Below, piece by piece: positions 10,839 through 21,903 of a DNA stretch of 64,000 nucleotides. The notes below the pieces were generated by a model, which had not been told where the DNA came from, did no database searches, and saw only the letters and a program-made list of their open reading frames with translations. The stretch's first letter is position 1. Every line of letters begins with the position of its first letter. The stretch lies in assembly GCF_018977255.1 (NCBI RefSeq), contig NW_024704743.1:77686001-77750000 (forward strand). The letters are read 5' to 3'. The translations under genes were made by a program, and so were the position numbers. Source of the DNA: Callorhinchus milii. Lineage: Eukaryota.

Positions 10839-12505
10839 GCCTAGACTGAGCTTAAAGTCCTCAATGTAGGGCTTGAACCTACAACCTTCTGACACAGAGG
10901 TAAGAGTGCTGCCTACTTATGCCAAACTGACACACCAAATATTTATTAAGGCTGATAAAAATCTGCCATTGATTCTATTCTATTACCAGATTTTGTTTGC
11001 AGATCACTTAAGTGTCTGACAATTGATCATTTCATCAGCTCTTTTCAATCACATGAAATGCTATTGAGAAGTCAGAGGCTTGAGATCAGCACTCTGTGTC
11101 AATGCAATGTGCTTTACGTTCTCAGCAAAGCAAGTAGGCAGTGGATCTGCAGTTCACATTGATTCAGTGCTAAAAACAAATCCAGTACTAGAATCATTGG
11201 TGAAATCTTGCACAGTGCATTACTGCTCTCTACAGCCGCCTCCTGTTCCCATCTATCCCCAGCTGTTAATAGCCTTTGACAACAATTATCAAGCCTAGCC
11301 TACTCCTCCCTTAACGCTGCCCCTTACAAGTAAATTTTGTGTTGAACGAGGGGCTATGATACGCCTCCTCTCAGTGGGGGCTTGGGTATTTGTCTTTGTG
11401 TGCTTCGAACTGGCCCAGTGATTTCCATCTGTACAAGACTAAGCACACAGCTACAATAGGCGGCAAACCTCTCAAGCACTGACTACAGAAGACATTTATC
11501 TGAAGCCTCTCTGTCAATGTACCCCCTTCAGTGCAGTGACTTAGAAAACAGAGAGATCTGAATCCAATAAGTCACTCTGGCTCCGACCCTGTGCTGACGG
11601 CTGCTGGTCCATTTCCTCCTCCCGGTTTGAACGGTGCGCTAGGCAGGCAGCTCCTCCATTACAGGGGCTGGCACAAAGCAACCTAATGATGGGTCAGGCT
11701 TAATGAGAAAAGCGGTCGCTTGTGATGTGGTGTGGCTCAAGCCGGTGTCCTGCTGAGAGCTGGCATGTAGTACCTCGCTCCCTTTGGAAACACAAAGCAT
11801 GAAAAATCAACAGAGAACAGCCCGATACGCCTCTGAACAGAATGGGCCGTGTGCATTGGATATTTACTCCTATGAAAGGGAGAGCATTAGCACAAATGGA
11901 AGTGAACATAAGGGGTCCTCTGGAGAAGAAAGGAGCTCTGGTAAATTTATAGACTCCCCTGAAAGAAACTGATTACAGATCATTATCCAATTGAGGCAGA
12001 TTGATGGTCTGGGGTCAAAGTAATATTGCACACTGCAGCAGGGACAATGCCTAATTGTCACTGTTAGAGACTGAAAGGGAACTCTGCCAGGAGACATGAA
12101 GGAGAGGTTTAACTGTCAAAACAGGAAGATTTTCAGATACCATTACTGACATGGGTTAATGCAGAATGAGGGTCAATTTGATCAAGTTGTGGAAAACCGG
12201 GACTCCGGCATTTGGCTGAGAAGTTAAACTTTCAGAGCAATTATTTTTTTCTTTGTTGGAAGCAAAAGTGCAGTGAGGCCACGGATGTGCGCTGATTGAG
12301 AAGTGAGTTTGTTACAGGAAATGAGTGTGGAGCCAGGCAGCCTCGGTGTCCTGTCTATGTCGGAGCCAGGCAGCAGTGACTTTGAATGACAGGCAGAGCC
12401 TGTGCTATTCGTTGTGCAAATTTGTTGTAGCCTCTAAGCATTTTCTCTTAGGTGGGACATCCTCCCAATGTGAAAGGCACTATACAAATGTAAATTTGTA
12501 TTGTA

Positions 12506-12799
12506 TTGTAAACTAATTGACTGTATATTTTGTGCGTGAAACGCAGCAACCAATTGCACACAGCAATATTCCACAAACAGTCTTGGATTGAGTGACCAAA
12601 TTTATTATTTTTTTTGAAGGAATTATTACATCCGGAAAGCGATCCGCCAATCAACTAATAACCGGGTTCTAACTCACTGCTAGGTAAACAGAAGCGTGTG
12701 GAGTAAGGAAAATTGCTTAATGTTTCACCCTGCTCGAGAATCGAACTCAGGTCCACTCGCTTGCGAGGCGAGTGCTCTAACCAATATGCTATAGGACTC
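12506..12799 (-). mobile_element. tRNA-Ala-derived SINE, long subtype, lacking its 3' tail and abutting a + strand L2 tail (12450-12510)
   Basis: Reverse complement of head and central segment (actgctaggtaaacagaagcgtgtggagtaaggaaa). Confidence 0.88.
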
Positions 12800-13499
12800 T
12801 TTCATCATCTAGCCTCTTTGCTGAAGGGGGAGCACAATAATAGAGATGGATCCATTAGTTGTTGGACTCAGATGAATGGAAACTTAAAGGGAAAAAATCT
12901 AGCAAAAGTAATAGGGGGCAAAAGCACTGCCATCTCCAGAGAAGATGCACGACAACTATTAATGGTTCACATCAGAGTATGAGCCTGAAAATGAATCCAT
13001 ATCTGGGCCGCTCACAATTTGTTGGAAATAAGCTGCTTTGCTGCAAGCCATCGTTCTGAAAGTACCACAGGGTGCAAAACATCCAAGGCTTTGTTTTTAA
13101 GTGCTATTCTCTTTTATTTTTTTACTAGCCAGCAACTGTGTTGCGTGAAATCCAGCACATCAATCATGGCAGGGAGGCTGTGTGATGTGAGGCTCCAGTG
13201 GGGCTCTGCTGATTTCTAATGGGCAGACGCATCATCGCAGACACTGGAAGTTTCAGAAGACAACCTTGTTCCCATGCTGGCATCATCCGAACACATGGGG
13301 CCCACATCACCTCCAGGTCACCTCATAAACAAGGCCTGTCTTCTGTTTAAACAGCAGTCCTCGGAGCCTCATAGTCTAGATGATGACTTCCCGCCCCCTC
13401 CCCCTCCCCTGCCCCCACCCAGTGTCTGATCTGCTGTGTAGCCTTGCTTTCTGTAACATTCTTCTGTCACCCTTCAACACTCAGGTGTGGGTTTCAAGT

Positions 13500-13632
13500 A
13501 TTGCGCAATTGGCTGCCACGTTCGCCCACAAATATACAGTCAATTCACTTTACAGTGTGTTCTGTGAAGCGCTTTGGGACGTACTCCCGACGTGAAAAAC
13601 GCTATATCAAATGCAAGGATTATTATTATTAT
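13500..13632 (+). mobile_element. 5'-truncated young SINE
   Basis: Near-identical to the last 130 bp of 3877-4189. Confidence 0.88.
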
Positions 13633-13959
13633 TGTATGCAAAAACTAAATTTAGTGTAGCTGGCTACTTGTTATTGGTATTTTTTTAAGGCTCCGTTTCT
13701 CTCCAGTTTCCCTGGTCTTTACAGGTAATGCACCGTTTGATTGGGATAGCTCTCCTGAAACTTTCCCTAAAGCTCTGAAGCTCCTTATTTGGCTGCAAGA
13801 AAGAGTAGCTCCACTGAACACTGCAGCACTAAGATTGGGAACTTAACGGAACAATCAATGCAATATAAAACAATATGTAATATGCAACAATATAAAACAA
13901 ATTTACATTTATACAGCTTCTTTCATGCGTCAGGAAGATATCCAAACAGATATAAAAGT

Positions 13960-14820
13960 GGAGAAAAATGCTCTCCCTCCAAATAAATTGGTTGTCCACT
14001 TCATCTCGTGTTCGCCTACAAAATACACAGTCACTACACTTTATAGTGTATCCCGTGAATTGCTTTGAGACGTCCTCCTGAAGTGAAAGGCTATACCAAA
14101 TGTAAGGATTATTGCTATTTATTATTATGCATGCCTATGGGACCTTTCTGATTGCTGCACTTGCCTACAAATAAAGTCACTACGCTTGACAGCAATTACC
14201 ATTAAAACACTTTGAGACATTGAACCGTTATGGACCCTACATTAAATGCAAGGATTATTTTATTACTTCAATGTTGGTAGCTCTCTATCTCGCTGAGTCA
14301 GCTTGTTGGTTTAAGCCCCATGTCAGGAATGTGAACTCACAGTTTAGACTGACATTCCAATACAGTGCTGGGGAGTGCTACGAGGTTGGAGATGCTGTCA
14401 TTCGTATGTGGCCTGTGGCCATGGCCTGGAAGTGGCCCATGGGATCGTCAAGAAACAGCCCCTTGAACATTCACACAAGTCTAGATAATTCCGTGTTCGA
14501 TTGACATAAATCAAGAAGTATTGAATCAAGAAAATTTATTTTGTTGGTCGACCATAAAGGTAACTATTAAACCAAGATTTGTCTGTGTGTTCAGGTGGAT
14601 GTTAAGGATCCCATGCTACTATTTGAAAAGAGAAGGGAGTTTTGGCCTGTTCAACAAACCCTAAAATAATATTGGTCATTCCTTTCATGGATGTTTGTGG
14701 TACTTTGCTGTGGTGCAAATTTTCTGCCATATTCACTTTCAAATGCACAGTAAAATCCTACGAATTGGTTTGAGGCATCTCAATGATGTGATAAGGCGCT
14801 ATATCAAAGGATTAATATTA
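13960..14820 (+). mobile_element. Cluster of three old Deu-SINE pieces
   Basis: Tails aaatgtaaggattatt / aaatgcaaggattatt at about 14100 and 14250; head-to-tail copy at 14270-14820 with an internal insertion. Confidence 0.7.
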
Positions 14821-15537
14821 CGACAGTCAGTTAGGAAACTATTTCCTCTGAACAGGTGAAAATGATGTTGAACAAGAAACTACTTTATGAAGGATTTCAA
14901 AGTGAAATTAGACAAGTTCCTGGATATTATAGTCATTCTGAGATTTAGATGACGAGACAGATTTGTTGAAGGAATCTTTTGGGAAGTTAAATGGCTCGGC
15001 TACATAGACCAAACATTATTCCTATTTAAATTTTTTAGCAAGGGAAGATATATTCACTGTATATCAAACTCACTAACAGTATCACTGGGTGTCAGATGCT
15101 CTGAGAAACAAGGATCCTTTTACCCACTGCTCCTACCAGGACTAGCATTGGATCATTAACATCCTAAAACCTCATATAGGTAACTAATTCAAAAAATGAA
15201 AGGTTGAAACAAATTTAAATATCACCCTCTCGCCAGGGTAACATCTCAGAGTGTTCAACAGTGTCGTAGCTTGACGCTGAGCTGGGGAGGGAGGGAAGGT
15301 GACCATAAGTATGGTCAAAGAAGATCTTCAGATGTGATCTGAAAACAGAGTTAAAGAACTACTCCACCACCAACAGAAAATACGGCAACACACCTCTATT
15401 ATTCAGTCATATCCTGGCCAACAATCCTCGTGAAAAAAATTGGTCACTCGCTTTATGGCTGTTGGGATATTCCTGTGCACAAATTGGCTGCCAGTTCTGC
15501 CTACAAAACAGACAAGGCATGGAGTCAGTGCCTTGTA

Positions 15538-15879
15538 TAGCTCCTATAGCTCAGTAGTTAGAGCACTGGACTCGCAAGCGAGAGATCTAGGTTCTATTCC
15601 CAGCAGGACGAAATGTTGGGCAAGTTTGCTTACTCCAAACACCTCTGTTTACCTAGCAGTAACAACCTGGTTGTTAGTCGATTGGCGTATTTGTTTTTTG
15701 GAGGTAATAATTTGGTCACTCAATCCACGACTGTTTGTGGGACACTGCTGTGTGCAATTGGCTGCCGCGTTTCGCCCACAAATATACGGTCAATTTACTT
15801 TAGAGCATATTCTGTGAAGCGCTTTGAGACGTCTAGAAGACGTGAAAAGCGCTATATCAAATGCAAGGATTATTATTAT
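15538..15879 (+). mobile_element. tRNA-Ala-derived SINE, long subtype, nested in an older SINE (15410-15945)
   Basis: Head tagctcagtagttagagcac, central ctctgtttacctagcagtaa, tail (ATT)n. Confidence 0.9.
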
Positions 15880-16724
15880 AAAGTCTTGTGAAGTGTTTTT
15901 AGACATAATGAGATGGTATATCAAATGCAAGGATTATTATCATTATTGCTATTCCCAGTTGTCAACATGTTATTGCAATTGATCTGAAGTGGTTCAAAAT
16001 TGAACAAAATGATGCAGATTGCCACCTCAGACGGGCTGCTCGCTTTGTTAATAAGTTCCTAATTGGATGGTTGTTTGGTGAGGTTAACTGAAAGCAATCT
16101 CTTATCGCTTCATTGACGTTCAAGTGAACTCACTTTGCTTACCAGATCACAACAAGGGTATCCTCAATCCTACAGCAGTTAGACAATCCACTGATGTGCG
16201 AGTGATTGTGATATCAAGCAGATCTGCATTCAACTCTGCTTCCTTTTCATTCAAGCTTTGCATGGACTGGCTGCCTGCTGGAGACCAGAATTAATTCTCC
16301 AGTTGCACCGGACATTCGATGGTCATTAACATGCAGAGTGGTTGCTCCCTGGCTCCCTCCAATCTCCCTGGTGCCCTGGGTGCTGGAGGGTTGCTGTAAG
16401 ATGGGAATCCATTTCCTAGTGTAAAAAATGGAGATACTTCCAAGAGCAAAAAAAGCCAGCAACAAATTGCTAAATCTTTACTTTCACATTTTGAAACATC
16501 ATCCAAACAGTTTTGGTTTACAGCTTTGCTCCTAGGTATCCATTCTGCTCTCCATTTAAATGTTTCATGGTGCTTCTAGTATTAGAGTGTCATGTGTTCA
16601 GACATGGGAATTATACAGTTACATTAGTGTAACTGTGCTGCTGTGAGAGAGAAAGTGACACAGGTTTTCATAGTCTTAAAAGATTTTGAGGATTTAGTAG
16701 GCAAAATGATAAAACTTTGTTTCT

Positions 16725-16915
16725 CCCAATGTCCTGGACAACAATTTCATAAATAAAATTAGTCATTCACTTTATGTTTGTGGGACATTGCTTTGTGCAA
16801 ATTGGCTGCCACATATTCTTACAAATACAGTCACTACATTGAACAGTAATTACTGTAAAGTGTTCAAAACCTTCAACATTATAAGTGCTATATCAAATGC
16901 AAGGATTATTCTTTA
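16725..16915 (+). mobile_element. Old Deu-SINE 3' half
   Basis: gtgggacattgctttgtgcaaattggctgcc...atcaaatgcaaggattatt. Confidence 0.7.
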
Positions 16916-17309
16916 CTAGTCAATAACAAAGGCTACAGGTACCTGGATATGTATGTTGGGATCTCTACCTGGAGATTTGGACACTGTTCTTAGTATCAAT
17001 TTTCAATCTGTGGCATTAGCACCTGTGAGAAGATTGGTATCTGAGAAGTGTTCATATTTGCTAATTGCTAATCATTTTTGCAAACATTGCAATTTAGATT
17101 GTGTCTTGCAGTTGGGCTAATTCATAATTTTGAACCCATGGATAGTTTGTGAAGCGACAGAATTCAGAGGAAATGTGTTGGCCAGTATAAGAATTCAAGT
17201 GAGGCTCAGTGAAGCAATGCGTGATCAGCTGAAGCTTCATTTTTCTTCTTCATAGCTTAGCTGTAATTCACCATTAGGGTAACATTTCAAAATGTAGTTT
17301 CAAGATACC

Positions 17310-17760
17310 AATCACACTCAGTGGGTAAATGCACCACCTGGTACGGTACAGTCATATAGATCAAAGCGGTCCCAGGTTCAAACTTTGGTCTATGGTGAGT
17401 GAACTCATCTCAGTTGGTGTAGCAGTGGGGCCCCTATAATCACCTCAGTGTCCCTGGGGCTAGGAAAGGGAATAAATCAGGCAGGGTTCCTCTTCAGAGT
17501 GCTAGGCAGTGACCCCTTTTGGAAAATGCATGTGTGTGGCTGTCAAACGAAGACAGGATTGGGCTTGGCTGTGATGCCCTTTCCCTCTCCTCTTCCTCCC
17601 CCCACCCCATGGTTGAACAGTCTGCTGATCCAGCACTTACTGCTGCCCAGGCTCAGTTGTGGAGAATGGTGCTTGGGTGAGTTAGCAAAGGGCTGCTTTC
17701 ATCGATAGAACCGAAGCCCAGAATACATCACCACCTACTGAAGACGAGGGGGAAAAATTC
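17310..17760 (+). mobile_element. Near-full-length ancient tRNA-like SINE (UCON3/AmnSINE2-class, name tentative)
   Basis: Pol III-like head (ctcagtgggtaaatgc...cccaggttcaaac) and a body unrelated to the Deu-SINEs; related copies at about 4700, 9760 and 20880. Confidence 0.6.
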
Positions 17761-19374
17761 AGGAGCACACCATAAACATATTTAATATTTTAAACTAGAA
17801 GCAATCGGAATGATCTTAATTAGTGAAGCAATGCAGTCAGACTGATATCAGCAACCTATAATAATTATCAAGATAATTACAAGAAATTGGAAATCAGAAA
17901 CCATTTGAAAGATAGGAATCCCCGTGCCGAAGATAAAATAGCCTCTGCCCTATTCCCCACATAATATTGATCACATTTTATTTTGCGGGACTGAACCATA
18001 TCTATAAAGTGCACAGGGGGCTCTCCTTATTTGATGTATGTGATTTATTTTTATCCGGCTTAAACCACCAAGGAAATATGTGACATTTCAAAATCATGAG
18101 AACAATCACAACCCAATTGGAAGGTAATGTTTTTTGATGGTTCATGAGAAGAGACGATGTCCCCGCACTCACACCAAACAGTTAATCTTAAATTCGCTCA
18201 GTCATCTGAAGAGAATTCAACTAATGAATGGCTGCCCTACTCAGGCTGCAGCACATCATGCTGCTGTTCAGTGGGAACCTGGTCTGCCCAATCTTTTCAA
18301 CTGTCTGTGCCCCAGGACTGATGCTGCCCAGGACACTGGTGAGCTTTGCTGTTGTAAACTACCCTTGATAATACGCAAGACTTGAAGAGCTACAAATACA
18401 AGCGCTCTGAGACGCCGTCCGGCGTGGAAGGTGCTATATAAATCCAAGTTGTTGTTGTTGTTGTAGACCGTCATTACACAATGACATGAAAGCAATTTTT
18501 GGACAACACACATGACATGGAAACTTTTGTTTCTTGAAGTCACAAGTTTTTTATTCAAAAATAGAGGGCCAAAGATCCCAAAAGCTAGGCGGTGTTTATT
18601 GTGAGTTCTGTGATGTAAAGTGAGTTTTGTAATGTGGTGACCTGTGAATGAAGAAAAAATCAATAAAGAAACATTTATTTGGTTGGCTGACCAAAAAAGG
18701 TTGGCCACTACTGTTGTAGGTGAACTAGGCAACCAATTTCTGCACAGCACTGTCCCACAAACAGCAGTGAAGTGAATGACCAATTGTGTTTGGGGAATTG
18801 TTGGCTAGGACGTCAGTTCCATTAAGATTTTGATTCTGGATGGGGCGTAGTGGATATCCTAGATAAAGGTCTATTTGGTGGGGCTTTTGCTGGGTGGAGT
18901 CCAGCAATAACACATCTAAGGGATCAACTGGTCACCAGTGGCTTTAGTTGTAGAAATGCTCATGTTTCTGTCTATCCTAAGAGATCAAAAAATGATTTAA
19001 AAGGAGAAACATAGATTGGAGTTGAAGCAGGAATTAAAAATGATCACCTTTATGTAAAATTTTCCTCGTTAAAAATAATTAACTGGAAGTTTCCACTTTA
19101 ATGAGTGAATTATAATTGAAATACTCCGTGTGCCATTGGATACAAAATAGGAAATTAGACAGAAATCAATGAAAAGCAATAGATTGCTGCTTTTTTGCAG
19201 CTTTCATCATTTTTGAACTAAGTTGTTAAAAGTTTTCTATAGGGAACTATTAAAACAGTCAACCCGATGAATCAGTAGGTCAATGCATTCCGTGTTGTGG
19301 GGCTCAACTGTACAGATTTGGTTTGATCTGCTGATCTGTTAGCCAAGGCAGCATGGGAACACCACTATTTCCCA

Positions 19375-19640
19375 TTTCTCTGTTCAGATCCCATGGCACT
19401 TCAAAAAGATCCCGTGGCACAATTCGGAAAGCGAAGGGAGGTCCTGGCCAACAATTCCCCAGATAAAATTGATCATTCATTTCATGGCTGTTTGTGGGAA
19501 ATTCCTGTACACAACAGCCTGCCATGTTTTGACCAGAAATACACAGTGTCTGCACTTTACAGTAAATACTTTGAAGCGCTTTAAGATGTCCGTCCGACGT
19601 GATGAAACGCTAAATCAAATGCAAGGATTATTATTATTAT
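19375..19640 (+). mobile_element. Old Deu-SINE 3' two-thirds
   Basis: aaagatcccgtggcac...gtcctggccaacaattccc...aaatgcaaggattattattatt. Confidence 0.75.
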
Positions 19641-20406
19641 AGAGTGGCTGCTCAGATGCTGAGACTGTGTACTGAACCACAGCAAGAGTTAACACCTAGA
19701 ACAACAACTTGCATTTATATAGCACCCTTCATGCAGGTAGCATCTTTAGCATCTTAAAAAAACAGATCTTGAGACTCTACTCCCTACTCCTACAAAATAC
19801 ACAAAAATGACACTTTACAGTAAATCTTCTAAAGTGCTTTGAAATGTCTATTAAGGTGCAATATTAAATGCAAGGCTTCTAATCATTATTATTTATTATT
19901 ATTAACCCACAAAATGGAAATTGTCATAAAATACTGGAATGGATGTAACTGAAAAACAATATACATCTGTATTTTCAACAGATAAGGTTTCAATGTCAGT
20001 CAGAAATGTCAACTAACAGGTAGGAAATGCCCACAAGCAAAACCTACCCTTTTACCATCCCAGTAAATCTCTTTGCTTTGCAGGAGCACTGAAGTACTGG
20101 CACGTTTTATCTGATAGATTTTTAACCAGACTGTAGACATTAATGCAGTAGACTACACAAAATCAGGGTGTCTGGTTTAGAAAAAAATAAATATTATGTT
20201 TGTAAAATCTTTACATGTGACGATGAAGACAGCTGCACAAGTGCAACTCATCTATTTGTGGGGTGAACGCTGCAGCATTGGCACCTAAGTTATTTTCAAG
20301 GCATTTGGATTTGTTATCCCAGACGACACCCCATGTGAAGGGTGCCATATAAATGCAAGTTGTTGTTGTTCTTTCTATGAGCTGATAGTGATGCCTCTAC
20401 AAAAGG

Positions 20407-20590
20407 CTGAAAACGAAACAGAAGTCGCTGGGAACACACAGCAGGTCAAGCAGCCTCTATGGAGAAAGGAAAGTGAGTCAACCTTTGGGGTCCACGACCC
20501 TTTCTCCATAGATGCTGCCTGACCTGCTGTGTGTTCCCAGCAACTTCTGTTTTTGTTTTCAGATTTCCAGCATCTGCAGTATTTTGTGTT
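20407..20590. repeat. Palindromic repeat (63-bp inverted arms), shark-type Penelope-like terminal sequence
   Basis: 20407-20469 and 20499-20562 are reverse complements with about 5 differences; followed by atttccagcatctgcagtattttg. Confidence 0.75.
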
Positions 20591-21550
20591 TGTTCCTTTG
20601 TTGAAGCAACTTAATGTCTTTTAGTAATTGCTGGTTATTTTTCAAAAGATTCTATCTCAATTTTTTTATACTATTTTCTCTCTCCTTCTCCTAATTTTGC
20701 TCCTTTCTAAAAGTTACAGGTACTCAGAGAGGTAGGGGGGTGCAGAGGATTGGAGGGATTTGAATACAAGGGTGAGGATCTTGAAGTCGATCCTCTCTGG
20801 AACAGGCAGCCAGTGCAGTCTGGCAAGGACTGGGGTGATTGGGGAGTCGAGTTTGGTTCTCTTATTAGTTAAGAGAACTTAACTCTGCACAGACCTGAAC
20901 CTACAATTGAATCTAGTACTAAACCTGGGACTCCCCTGGTCTATATGATTTGGTTCCACTTCAGATATGCATTTACCCATTGAGAAATGTAAGGAGGCAA
21001 GAATTTTTTAACCAAACAAATGGTAAGTTTGTTCTAACTATAGTTGGAGTTCTCTTTGGCATATTTCTTCTGTTTTCTTCAACACTGAGTGCGGGTTACA
21101 TCATCACGGGAACTAGCTGGGAGGACTTACTGAACCTGACAGTGTGAATTAGTGGAATTAACATCAGTGGACACAGTCATTAACCCAGGGGGCTTCAACA
21201 ATTATGTCATTTCAACTGTACATGTTAATTCAGCTCAGCCACACTGTTGGGCTCTAACTGCTCTGAGCTAGTACCCCCCGATCATGTCATCGGCACTCAG
21301 CATTCAAAAGAGGAATCCACATAATTAACAGATAAACGAAAAGGATATTGGAAGCTGATTTTAATGCTTGTTAACGCTTTGATTTTTAAATTGGTGCAGA
21401 TGATGGGACTCCTGTTTAAGTTGCTTTTAAGTCATGGGAGGCTATTGTTAGCACTGTTGTCCATTCTAAATGTCATCCACGCTTATGATATGCTGAAAAA
21501 TGAATTTGTGATTTAGAGAAAAAAAAGACAGAAACACAGAAATTTAAAAA

Positions 21551-21903
21551 ATAATAATAACTATTGCATTTAATACAGTGCCTTATCATGTCTTTGAGAT
21601 GTCTCAAAGCACATCACAGAATATTCTGTAAAATAAATTGACTGCGTATTTTGTGGGTGAAATGCGGCAGCCAATTGCACATTGCAGTGGTGGATTGGAT
21701 GACCAAATTATTATTTTTTTTGAAGGGATTATTACCCTCGGAAAATCAATCCTCCAATTAACTAACAACCAGGTTTCTAATTACTGCTAGGTTAACAGAG
21801 GAGTGTGGAGTAAGAAAACTTGCCATTGTTTCACCCTGGCCAGGAATCAAACCCAGGTCCTCTCGTTTGCGAGGCGAGTGCTTTAACCACTAAACTACAG
21901 GAG
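21551..21903 (-). mobile_element. tRNA-Ala-derived SINE, long subtype
   Basis: Full reverse-complement head, central segment and tail. Confidence 0.9.

Larger units (their letters stand above)
10045..10935 (-). mobile_element. Old Deu-SINE carrying a nested CR1 tail and a hAT MITE
   Basis: Tail at 10045-10105; Deu segment gtccacctgaacaggcagatgggacctcagtttaacatctc (10381-10420); head at 10850-10935. Confidence 0.75.

Noticed and set aside
18268-18783. 171-aa minus-strand ORF
   Set aside because: Runs through a SINE fragment and an L2 (TTG)n tail (NNNNN); no domain similarity.
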